30,555 nucleotides of DNA, from the NCBI GenBank assembly GCA_002269645.1, contig NIVC01000057.1, positions 1 through 30,555 on the forward strand, written 5' to 3'. The position numbers and the translations under genes are program-made. This stretch comes from Macrostomum lignano. Taxonomy: Eukaryota. Positions 1 through 11,369 of the stretch are shown one piece after another. Under the pieces are notes generated by a model that worked only from the letters and a program-made list of their open reading frames with translations, did not search any database and had not been told where the DNA came from. The number at the start of each line of letters is the position of its first letter. Positions within the stretch are counted from its first letter, which is position 1.

Positions 1-704
1 TTTGAAAATTTTCAAGGTGAAAATCATTACGTTCTTGCCACAATTAATAAAGCAAAGGACTTATTTAAGCTAACGTTGTCTGTATATCCGCAAAACATTC
101 GAAGTACTGCAGTATTTTTAATGTAATGAATCACGAATTTACATACACAAAGTTTGATTTCGACTTAATAGTAAGTACATGTATAGTATGTATCATCGAT
201 CTGTAAGTGACTATTTACGATGTATTGCTCCAAGATTAGTACTTCAGTAATGCACACAGTTATACAATAAAAAGTTATACACTGTAGCAAACTCCATCGA
301 TCATGCAATTAAGGTTTCTCTCGTCGTAATGCATGTATAATGTACAAAACTGCTTTAGAGTGCACATACATGTATGCATGGCATGTGGCAGTTGTGTGAT
401 GGACTGTGGAAAACATATCGTTACTTGAGAATTTATTAAAATTCCCAACTTCACCGTATGTTGAAGCCGTTTTTTATTTGTGGCAGTTATACACGCAGGT
501 TAAAAGGACTTTGATCAATTATCCTTTTTCATTCAATCCACGCCACTACTAGAGAAAAAAATGGGTCGATGAATTCAACCTAAGACATGCATAAAAGGAA
601 GCAAAAAACTTTCTGGTGCCTACTTGAGCTCTGAGCTCCCCAGTTCAAGCAAATATATTGCTGGCAGTGGTCAGGTGTACGTTGAGCCCTAGTTCAACTG
701 GTTT

Positions 705-988
<284 letters not shown>

Positions 989-1703
989 TGAGTTGATAGC
1001 AATGACTCGAGTTGCAAACCAAAGGCTTTATCGATTTTGGCAGAGCTGAGGCATATGCAGCACTCATATTGCAAGCAGAAAAAATCAAAGGCAGAGTGAA
1101 ATGAAGAGTTGGGGAGTTTCAGCAGGCAACCGGGGGAACAGAAATGTTCCCCTGCGCGCAGCTCTGATGATGCAGTGAAAAAGCGAAAGAAACAGCAGGC
1201 TGCTGTCCAGAACTCGCGGCTGTGCATGATGCTTGTGTGCGCCTGAGGGAGCTATAAGGGAGCCAGCTGTCCGTCACTGGCAGATGGCGAGGGCAGCCTG
1301 TGGTCTAAAAATAGCACGCACTCGCTGGCCAGGCCAGGGAGCTGAGACTGCAGTCAGAACTGGGCGAAACGGTTGCTGTGGCTAGGGGGGAGGGAGGGTG
1401 GGCAAAGTTGGCACACAACTATATTGAGATGGAGAGAGAAGAGGGGGTTGTGCCTCAGGGAGGATTGGAGAGCCATGCAGGCTTAAAACAGACTGCCACC
1501 CTGGCACTAAGAGAGTTAAGGCCTAACAGGTTTATTGCAGCTAGATATCAATAGCTGTCACACCTGTTTTATTCTTGTCCCGGAATCCAATTGGTTACAG
1601 AGGAAGGAAATCTATTTATAGGTCCCGTCTCCTTTCAACAATGAGGATAAATGCAGCCGTGAGAGTTAAACTGGCGGGCCGCATGCATTAGCCCAGACTC
1701 GAA

Positions 1704-2241
1704 ATGTCATCATCGCAAAAGAGCCGACGGAAACGCAGTTTGGGAAGTCTTTCAGCCAACTTCAGTGCCGCGCTGTGCTGCCTACTAATTCTAATTGTTA
1801 TTCTTGTCCAGATTCTGAACGGCACTGAGGGCGGGATCTACTTTGTCACAGCCGGCCGGAATTGGTTTGGCTACGACAATATCGACAGCGGATTTTCCGA
1901 CGATCCGATTGTTGAAAGAAAAATCGGCGATATTATCAGGCTGGAGGAGGGACTTTTGCCGATGAGGATTAGAAATCTGAGCAGGTCGGGATGTGGGAAC
2001 AGAATCCCGCCGCTTCTGCACCAGATTTACTCATCTGATAAGCTGCCAGTGGATTACCGAGCCTCAATTTCGGCCTGTCTGCGACTGAATCCTCAGTTTT
2101 CCTACATGCTGTGGACGGACGAAGACGCCAAGCAGTTTATGCGGACTCACTACGCCCAGTTCATTGGTCTGTTCAATAGTTACAAACAGCCGCTGCAGAG
2201 GTCTGACGCTTTGCGCTACTTCATTCTGCATCAATTTGGAG
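1704..2241 (+). CDS. GT32-family (DXD sugar-binding, MIPC-synthase/SUR1-like) glycosyltransferase, exon 1
   Basis: ATG 1704; basic N-tail plus hydrophobic anchor (AALCCLLILIVILVQIL); motifs IPPLLHQIY and WTDEDAKQF...RSDALRYFILHQFG; donor G|GTAACG at 2242 (phase 1). Confidence 0.88.
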
Positions 2242-2265
2242 GTAACGGCTGCTCAGAATGGCAAA

Positions 2266-2568
2266 CTGAAGCGGTGACCCTTTGGGTACTGAAGCGTGTG
2301 ACCCTTTCGATACTGAAGCGTGTGACCCTTTCGATACTGAAGCGTGTGACCCTTTCGATACTGAAGTTTGTGACCCTTTCGATACTGAAGTGTGTGACCC
2401 TTTCGATACTGAAGTGTGAGACCCTTTCGATACTGAAGTGTGAGACCCTTCCGATACTGAAGTGTGTGACCCTTTCGATACTGAAGTGTGTGAGACCCTT
2501 TCGATACTGAAGCGTGTGACCCTTTGGGTACTGAAGCGTGTGACTCTTTGGATACTGAAGCGTGTGAC
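2266..2568. repeat. 24-bp minisatellite (CTGAAGCGTGTGACCCTTTCGATA) in GT32 intron 1
   Basis: About 13 tandem copies with C/T and AG variants. Confidence 0.96.
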
Positions 2569-2705
2569 AGTGTGGATCCTGAAACTTTAAAGAACGTAGG
2601 CATGCTTCAGATTTCCCGCTTCAATCAGGTGTTGAATGGCATGGTGTTAAAGCAATTTTGCACAATCATATTTAGAGAATTCTGCGACATCAACTTTTTT
2701 TGCAG

Positions 2706-2912
2706 GAGTGTACCTTGACATGGACGTGCACTGTTTGAGACCAATGGACTCGCTAGTCTCCAAGGAAACCTGCTTCTTCGATCAGGAAAGACCTGAGCAG
2801 AGCAGGATATTGCATGGTGTTGACTTTGCAGTGATGAACTCCGCTATTGGGTGCGTTAGACGGCACCCGTTCCTTGAGCAGGTGCTCCGGAACCTGCAGG
2901 CTGCCAGACACA
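2706..2912 (+). CDS. GT32 glycosyltransferase, exon 2 (catalytic DXD)
   Basis: Acceptor TTTTTTGCAG|GA; joining gives FGGVYLDMDVHCLRP (GGxYxDxD motif) and later HPFL; donor A|GTAAGC at 2913 (phase 1). Confidence 0.9.
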
Positions 2913-2949
2913 GTAAGCTGATGACTGTAGCTTGTGTAGCTAGTTATAC

Positions 2950-3108
2950 AGATAGATAGATAGATGGATAGATAGATAGATGGATAGATAGATAGATGTA
3001 TCAGATATAGATAGATGGATAGATAGATAGATGTATAGATAGATGGATAGATAGATAGATGGATAGATAGATAGATAGATGTATAGATAGATGGATAGAT
3101 AGATAGAT
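2950..3108. repeat. (GATA/GATG)n microsatellite in GT32 intron 2
   Basis: About 155 bp of GATA units with GATG/GTAT variants, running into the exon 3 boundary. Confidence 0.97.
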
Positions 3109-3301
3109 AACAGATCAATCACCAATAAAACACCCACAGACGCAGACATCATTCGCACCACGGGGCCGCTCTACCTAACAAGCCAGCTAAAGCTATTCCA
3201 ACGCAATTACCTGATCAGCCAGCGTGGCGGACTCCGCGTACTTCAACCGTACGTGTTCTCACCTCTGCCTGATCGATCAGCGGGCCTCCGAGATATTTGC
3301 T
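3107..3301 (+). CDS. GT32 glycosyltransferase, exon 3
   Basis: Open frame NNRSITNKTPTDADIIRTTGPLYLTSQL... contains the GT32 TTGP motif; phase-compatible acceptor TAG 3104-3106; donor T|GTGAGT at 3302 (phase 1). The 5' boundary is inferred from phase. Confidence 0.78.
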
Positions 3302-3419
3302 GTGAGTGTTGTAATGTGTCATGGAAACTGTGTCACTGGTTAGAGAGGACAGTGTCACACACCTGTTACAGAAGTTTCACCAGTATAAGATAAACACACG
3401 CATTAAACTGTCATTTCAG

Positions 3420-3745
3420 CGCGTCTAACAAAACACCAGTTGACTGCCAGACAGCCGCCATCAACGTCAGCCCAGCTGAAGCTCGATGCCTGCCAACAGC
3501 TTGTGGAGGCCAACAGCAGCGCATGGATCACGGACAGAACCTTGGCGATTCACCGGTTCCTACACCTGGGCTATGCCGGGCACAGTGCCAGGCATCGGCA
3601 CAGATTCCCAGTCGATAGCCTGTTTCCGCTGGTAACAACAGCGACAAAGACGGAGTCGGGCGTAGGAGCCCGGACAGTCGGGCAGTTCAGCAGGCTGACA
3701 AAGGCCGAACTGAACGAGCTTGCGAGCGGGTGCTTCTCAGTCTAG
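3420..3745 (+). CDS. GT32 glycosyltransferase, exon 4 (terminal)
   Basis: Acceptor CATTTCAG|C is phase-compatible; encodes LAIHRFLHLGY (C-terminal H-x-x-x-H-like motif); stop TAG 3743-3745; the four exons total 1266 nt (421 aa). Confidence 0.8.
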
Positions 3746-3988
3746 AAGCGGATCTAGATAACAGATCGCGCGAGTCTGTTTGAGCACTGACGCGTACACG
3801 TAGTTAGCTCCAAAGTATTTGTGCAGATTTTTTACAACACTCTTGATGCTACGAGACTCGTACATAACGAACGTACACGGAACCGTACGAGTACGCGACG
3901 CGTATTATAGTATTTTCAGGTCTTCAGTGAGGCAATCAGCCAACCTGTTCATTCCTTTGGCTTGGTGCAGAGACTTGCGATTCTTTCC

Positions 3989-4302
3989 GTCTGCTTGCCT
4001 GTCTGTATGTGTCTGTGTGATTCTGTCTGTCTCAGTGTCTGTCTGTCTGTGTGATTCTGTCTGTCTGTGTGTTTCTGTCTGTCTGTGTGATTCTGTCTGT
4101 CTGCGTGTCTGTCTGTCTGTCTCAGTGTCTGTCTGTCTGTCTTAGTGTCTGTCTCAGTGTCTGTCTGTCTGTGTGTCTGTCTGTCTGTGTGTCTGTCTGT
4201 CCGTCTGTCTGTGTGTCTGTCTGTCTCAGTGTCTGTCTGTGTGTCTGTCTGTCTCAGTGTCTGTCTGTCTCAGTGTCTGTCTGTGTGTTTCTGTCTTTCT
4301 GT
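3989..4302. repeat. Degenerate (TCTG/TGTC/TG)n microsatellite
   Basis: Compound TCTG tract with GTGT and CTCAGT interruptions. Confidence 0.95.
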
Positions 4303-5019
4303 CGCTTGAAGTTTGGAGCTTGTGAAAGCTATCCGTCTTAGCGATGGTCTTGTCCATGCATGTTACTGCTATGCTCAAAAGATGTGCGGGAGTAAATGTA
4401 AAGCTGCTCAAATTTTTTTAGCATAACGGCAAAAATAGATTTTTAGATGATAAATGCACGAGTGAACTGCAATCGCCACATTAGAGTCATAACCTGTCCT
4501 TAGTAAATTTGTTTATACTAACCGTAAATTTACTATTATGAAAAGCTAATAATAAGCTACTTAATACAGTGAGTAGTATAAACACAGTATTCTGAAAAAT
4601 ACAAATAAATACGTTTTACCCATAACATTAAAAAATAATAAAGTCTGAAAGAAATTAGATTTTATTTCATTCAAAGAGTATTCCATGAGAGAAATATTTG
4701 TCAAATAAATCTGTATTTTTATTAATGCATATGCATAGTTGAAATTAAAACGTGGACATAAGTTAAGCTGTAAGCACTAAAATGTAGTTCAATACAGGTA
4801 TCTGACATTGAATTACAGGTGTAACCTCGTTGATTAGCAAGATAGATAGATGATTAGTCACCGTCACCTCGATCGGAAATAAAGTCATAATCTAAGCTTT
4901 TTTATAATTAAATAAACGATTACAGATAATAAATAGAAAGTATAATGCATAATTCAATATTCGAAACACTGATTCTGCAAGTCTGAATGAGTCTGCAAGT
5001 CGCGCCCAGTCAAAGCTAC

Positions 5020-5500
5020 GGGACTACGGGATCTAGAACTGGGGACTATGGGATCTAGAACTGGGACTATGGGATCTAGAACTGGGACTATGGGATCTAG
5101 AACTGGGGACTATGGGATCTAGAACTGGGACTATGGGATCTAGAACTGGGACTATGGGATCTAGAACTGGGACTATGGGATCTAGAACTGGGACTATGGG
5201 ATCTAGAACTGGGACTATGGGATCTAGAACTGGGACTATGGGATCTAGAACTGGGGACTATGGGATCTAGAACTGGGACTATGGGATCTAGAACTGGGAC
5301 TATGGGATCTAGAACTGGGACTATGGGATCTAGAACTGGGACTATGGGATCTAGAACTGGGACTATGGGATCTAGAACTGGGACTATGGGATCTAGAACT
5401 GGGACTATGGGATCTAGAACTGGGACTATGGGATCTAGAACTGGGACTATGGGATCTAGAACCGGGACTAAGTGATTTAGAACTGGGACTATGGGATCTA
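5020..5500. repeat. 21-bp minisatellite (GGGACTATGGGATCTAGAACT)
   Basis: About 22 almost identical tandem copies; two carry an extra G. Confidence 0.97.
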
Positions 5501-5646
5501 AAATCGTGATCATGGGCCTACGAATTAACAATATTAGGGTTGAGATTAAAAGAAAAAATCTCGACAACGATTTTTAAAGGATTTACCAAAAAGCACAGCA
5601 ATGACACACAACAATGATTGAATAAATAAGAATTATCAGCCGTAGC

Positions 5647-5920
5647 TCAGCTATCCTGGTCATCCTTGTGCACAACAACACCGCGGGCAATGAGGTCGGG
5701 TATCTCCACCGCTAGCCAAGGCCCCAGGCCGAGTGCCATGGCCTGGGCGATGCCAAATTTTGGTACATTTCTGGCCCACAGCGGTTTGAAATGATCGGTG
5801 AGACAGATGCGACCGCCGCGATACATTTTAGCGGTTTTGCCGTCCAACTCGGGGATCGCGATCTCCGGAGCGGTTGTGGGATAAGTCACCGGGATGTCGA
5901 ACTCTACGTTGAACTCGTAT
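5647..5920 (-). CDS. UFC1: Ubiquitin-fold modifier-conjugating enzyme 1, exon 2
   Basis: Acceptor CCCCCGGCAG|ATAC; encodes [20 protein letters not shown]...[28 protein letters not shown] with the catalytic Cys; stop TGA 5649-5647. Confidence 0.97.
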
Positions 5921-6067
5921 CTGCCGGGGGTTTGTACTCGAAATTTCATTACAATAGTTGAGTGCGAGATGGGGAGTAGGGATATGGTAGGCTGCAGCAA
6001 TATTTGGTGTTCATGTAGACTAATCTATTAATTAGATTAGAAAACTAATCATTAGGGAGGGGCGTGA

Positions 6068-7340
6068 GGCGGAAATTCACAACCCAATCACCTAGACTCC
6101 TAGAGAGAGTAGATATTCACAACCCAATCACCTAGACTCCTAGAGAGAGTAGATATTCACAACCCAATCACCTAGACTCCTAGAGGGGGTGGAAATTCAC
6201 AACCCAATCACCTAGACTCCTAGAGAGAGTAGATATTCACAACCCAATCACCTAGACTCCTAGAGGGGGTGGAAATTCACAACCCAATCACCTAGACTCC
6301 TAGAGGGGGTGGAAATTCACAACCCAATCACCTAGACTCCTAGAGGGGTGGAAATTCACAACCCAATCACCTAGACTCCTAGAGAGAGTAGATATTCACA
6401 ACCCAATCACCTAGACTCCTAGAGAGAGTAGATATTCACAACCCAATCACCTAGACTCCTAGAGGGGTGGAAATTCACAACCCAATCACCTAGACTCCTA
6501 GAGGGGGTGGAAATTCACAACCCAATCACCTAGACTCCTAGAGGGGGTGGAAATTCACAACCCAATCACCTAGACTCCTAGAGAGAGTAGATATTCACAA
6601 CCCAATCACCTAGACTCCTAGAGGGGGTGGAAATTCACAACCCAATCACCTAGACTCCTAGAGAGAGTAGATATTCACAACCCAATCACCTAGACTCCTA
6701 GAGAGAGTAGATATTCACAACCCAATCACCTAGACTCCTAGAGGGGGTGGAAATTCACAACCCAATCACCTAGACTCCTAGAGGGGTGGAAATTCACAAC
6801 CCAATCACCTAGACTCCTAGAGGGGGTGGAAATTCACAACCCAATCACCTAGACTCCTAGAGAGAGTAGATATTCACAACCCAATCACCTAGACTCCTAG
6901 AGGGGGTGGAAATTCACAACCCAATCACCTAGACTCCTAGAGGGGGTGAAAATTCACAACCCAATCACCTAGACTCCTAGAGGGGGCGGAAATTCACAAC
7001 CCAATCACCTAGACTCCTAGAGGGGGTGGAAATTCACAACCCAATCACCTAGACTCCTAGAGAGAGTAGATATTCACAACCCAATCACCTAGACTCCTAG
7101 AGGGGGTGGAAATTCACAACCCAATCACCTAGACTCCTAGAGGGGGTGAAAATTCACAACCCAATCACCTAGACTCCTAGAGGGGGTGAAAATTCACAAC
7201 CCAATCACCTAGACTCCTAGAGGGGGTGAAAATTCACAACCCAATCACCTAGACTCCTAGAGGGGGCGGAAATTCACAACCCAATCATCTAGGGGGCGGA
7301 AATTCACAACCCAATCATCTAGGGGGCGGAAATTCACAAC
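6068..7340. repeat. 41-bp two-variant minisatellite filling the UFC1 intron
   Basis: About 30 copies of ATTCACAACCCAATCACCTAGACTCCTAGAG followed by either GGGGTGGAA or AGAGTAGAT, plus two shorter terminal units. Confidence 0.97.
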
Positions 7341-7399
7341 TCAAACCAACAAACGTTGGTTAAAGCTGAAAGCAGGGAAAGCCAGTAAGCAATTCCCAC

Positions 7400-7629
7400 C
7401 TTTTAAGCTGGTCATAGTACCAACACTTGCCAAACCAGCGAGTGCCTTCCTGATTTGACTCCAATCGGAACCAGTCATTGTCTGCCTGTTTATTAGTCTG
7501 CACATACTGGATGAGGGCCTGGTATTCCTCCTTGAGCCGCTGGACCCAGAGATCTGCATCTCTTGGACCAGCTTTGGTCTTTAACAGCGGAATTGCTGCC
7601 AAAGTCTTCTTTGTTGCTTCATCAACCAT
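7400..7629 (-). CDS. UFC1: Ubiquitin-fold modifier-conjugating enzyme 1, exon 1
   Basis: [24 protein letters not shown]...[16 protein letters not shown]...[10 protein letters not shown]...WFGKCW; donor AG|GTGGGA at 7399 (phase 2); 230+274 nt gives 167 aa, the usual UFC1 length. Confidence 0.97.
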
Positions 7630-10600
7630 TTTATGTTGGATAAGAATCTGTGCTGCAGTTATGAATTTTTAGGTGTTCTTAGGTGTTTTATGTGCACATA
7701 TTAAAAATGAGTTTAAATTTCTGCATCTGAAAATTTTATATCAGGACTAAAAATAGCATTCAAAGCTGATATATTTTATCCTTTTTCATATTTTAGTAAG
7801 TCAATAACAATATTTTGTCTATTAGGCAATAATTACCCAAATGGTTTATTATATTTTGTCATTAAGAGCTGGATTCTTGTTTAATTGTGCCACTTTTATA
7901 GCTTTCTTTTGTCCCTCTTGCCTGTCTTCCTTATTGTTTCTTTGCTTTCTTGTCTTTTTCCTGTTTGGTTGTTGATTTTTTTACTTTCCTTTGGACTGCC
8001 ACAATTTATATTAGCTACATTGGCTAGGTTGGCTAGCTGTTACATATATAGAAAAGGTGGATCTTAGGGATAAAGACCCAAAGGGGGGCATGCCTATATC
8101 TTTGCATGAAAATGTTGATTCCCTACTTAAAACTTTAGTCTCTACTAAAAAGGTATAGCTGCTCTTTTTTACCTTTTTGTACCATCATTGGCTTCAAGGT
8201 CTAAGGACAAGGTGGTACAAAAGCATAATAGTTAGCTCTATATAGTTTACAAAAAAAATTACTTAGTTTATATATATGCATATCTAGCTAAGCCTAATAT
8301 TATTTATTTGTTTGCTTTACTAGCAATCTAGTCTTGGCAGCTTAATAATTATCCTATAAGCTTTGACATCATAGCAATTCCCCAATGATTTTTTATGTTT
8401 GATTTAGTGCTACTTTCATTTTTGAAATAATGTTCTAATATAATGTTTTATTTATGCTTTTTCTTTCTGAGTTTTTTAGGCCCTATACAACAAAACTTAT
8501 AATAAAAATACATAGGCTATTTAAAATTCAAACCCAAGTTGCAATAATAGCAGTTTAGTCTATTCAAATCTAGGCTAAGGCCTAATGTTTATCAAATCCA
8601 ACTAATACCTATGCTAGACCTATTATTCTAGCATAAGCAAAATGGATTCTAGCTAGATAGGCATTGTAACCTAAATTCTTGCTCTACTACTACTTTCTTG
8701 GACAAAGACAAAAAGCATTGACATGTCCTTTGGCCCATAGCTTTATTGGGAAGGGGGCATATTTTCCTTATCTGTCTAATGATGCCCTTATATATGTAGG
8801 CCTAGGCCTATACATAAAAGCAAATAATTATATATATAACTATAATTTATAAAAGTATAAGTATAATTAAAGTATAACTATAAAAAATATTACTATATAA
8901 TTATAAAATATAACTAGGCCTATAAATTAAATATAAAATAATGATAGGCCCTAAATATTATAAATATAACATTGAACCTTTAAAAAATGCTCAGTCACGT
9001 CAGTGCATTTAAATATAATTAATAATGCTAGGCCCAATAATGTATTTTATGCCCTAATTATTTTCAAAGATATAAATATACAAACAATATAAAATTGATA
9101 GGGCCTAGAATCAACTATATAAGATTCAAGGATTCAGGCATTCCTTAACAGAAAAATTGATAGAATAGTTGACAGAAAAGGTTATAAAAAGTTCATGGCC
9201 AAAGTAATATTTGTACTAAAAAGCCTATAAGGCCTAGTGATATAGGGCCTAGGCCTAATCATCATTGGCATCAGAATTCATTTAATTAGATTACAGTTTT
9301 TTCTTACAATATATTCAGATTCAACATTGCCATTAGTATAATTTTAATAAATCATAGGGCCTAAGGCTAAGTGCAATATATATGGATACAATACAAATGG
9401 ATAGCCTAGCCTAAATGTATAACATTTTTGTTTACTAGGCTTAAGAGTAGGCCTAAGACTCAAATAGGCCTAGGCTTGTTTATACTATAGTAGGCCCTAA
9501 ACTGAATAAAGACAGGTTTGCTTTGCATAGGCCTAGTTGAGAATATTACTTCACTTTTCTAATATTTAAATCAAAGAACTATCGGGTGAAATATCATGCT
9601 TAGCTATAAAATAATTAAACGTGCGCTTCTTTATTAAAATTGCCGGCGTTAGGTCTAGCGCCTAGCTAATTCTTTCAAAATAGAGACTACAGCGAGACTC
9701 TAGAGCCTAGAGGATCTTTTTAAATGCCTGTCAGAATAATATCTGCCGAGAAATACAAACATACTAAACTTCCAGTACTAACTAAGTAGAAGCCCTACCT
9801 ACCTAACGAAGCAACTAGCATTTTCGATTTTCAAATATTGACTAAATTATATAACACGTGTAAGCAAGACGAGAGTGTCGAGATGGCCAGTACAGGTTCA
9901 ACACAAGTCAACGTTACTAAAACTTAAAAAAATAAATTAAGCAATACATAAGCTTTAACTACTAACTTCATACTTTAAAAATAGAATAATCTTAAATTTT
10001 ATAAGGTAAAGAAGCGATTTTTTCAATTAAAATATCACACTTTGTTTATATTTGCAAATGTTTGAGCAATGTTTTTCAACGTGGCATGTTTATAGTTTTA
10101 ACAGTTTTAACGCAATGATCGCAATCCATTTCAGCCTTTTTTGTTTGTTGCCTGATGCATGGCATAGCATAGTTGTCACTTGTGACGTCTTCGTATTAGT
10201 GCCTGCTTTCTATGCCTCTGCAGTTCGTTTCTTGTTCAAACTGTTCTCCTCTTCGGTTAATGTATTTTCAGGAATTGTACTTACTCACTTGTCACTTAGC
10301 GATTGCTGGCCTCTGCACCGCAGTCTGCACTCTGCAGTGCATGCTAAGGCTCGTAAACTTATCTTAGCTCGTACTTATGAGTCTAGGCTATGTTCGTTGT
10401 GCGTGTGTAAATAAATTAGTTAGAATTTGTGAAACATTTGGACCATTTATCTTTAACATCTTTTAACATCGTATTAATACTGTTATGTAATGATACTGTA
10501 CTTTACTTTCAATTTATCCATTTCCAAAAAATAAAATTAGAAGTCCAGCAAAAATTTATTAGATTATTTCATACATTAGGCAGGCATTTATTTTTGCATC

Positions 10601-11369
10601 TGAATTAATTTGGAAATTTGATTCTTTTTATCCTAAAATATTTCTATTTTTAGAGCAATATTGATAAGTCATAGTCATAGCAAACTTAAGCTTACAAGAA
10701 AAGTTTTTTTAAGTTTAGTAAGTAAATAAGTTAAGCAAATTAATAAGTATATAGGTTTTTTAGAGTTCGATCAGAAACATTTTTTTTGTATCTATATCTA
10801 TCTATAAGTTATATCTTGAGAAAAATTTCTATAGCCATCCATATCCATATCTATATCCATAGCTAGTATATAAATCACAGCATGCATGTGGCATCAAAAA
10901 TCTTTTGCTAAGTCCCAAATCTATTCAGGGACTTGAAAGCTCCCCTTTGAAGGTGAAAAGATTTATCTTTACCCTATATTGTCCAACTATGAATACAATA
11001 TGGATATAGTATTAAAAATCTATATTGATGGTTAAGTCTTGATTTCCAGGGACTTTCCAGGAACTGGCAACATTTATTTATTTCTATTGCCCTAACCCTA
11101 TCAAGTCAATAGCTCCAATTGTCTTTCAATTCTCAATTGAGTGGTGTTACTAGATATCGGAAGTATATATTCCCATAACTATATCCATATTCATGTGCTT
11201 TGGCAAAAAACTCCATATTTGTAACTTCCCATAGCCATATCTATAGCTATATTGGAACTCTGGTTTTTTTACAATGCTTATATATACAATTTATTTTTTT
11301 CATGTGAAGGCTTAAGTTAAGTAGATATGATCTAAATATAATAACTTAATTACAAAGTATTTTTTATTC

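Noticed and set aside
1704-2510. The 268-aa ORF taken as the complete glycosyltransferase
   Set aside because: Its 3' third is intronic repeat; the DXD motif appears only after splicing 2241 to 2706.
5097-5567. Minus-strand ORF with a signal-peptide-like leader followed by (LDPIVPV)n
   Set aside because: Starts at TTG, consists almost entirely of the 21-bp repeat, and changes repeat frame at a 1-nt indel; best explained as a repeat artefact downstream of UFC1.
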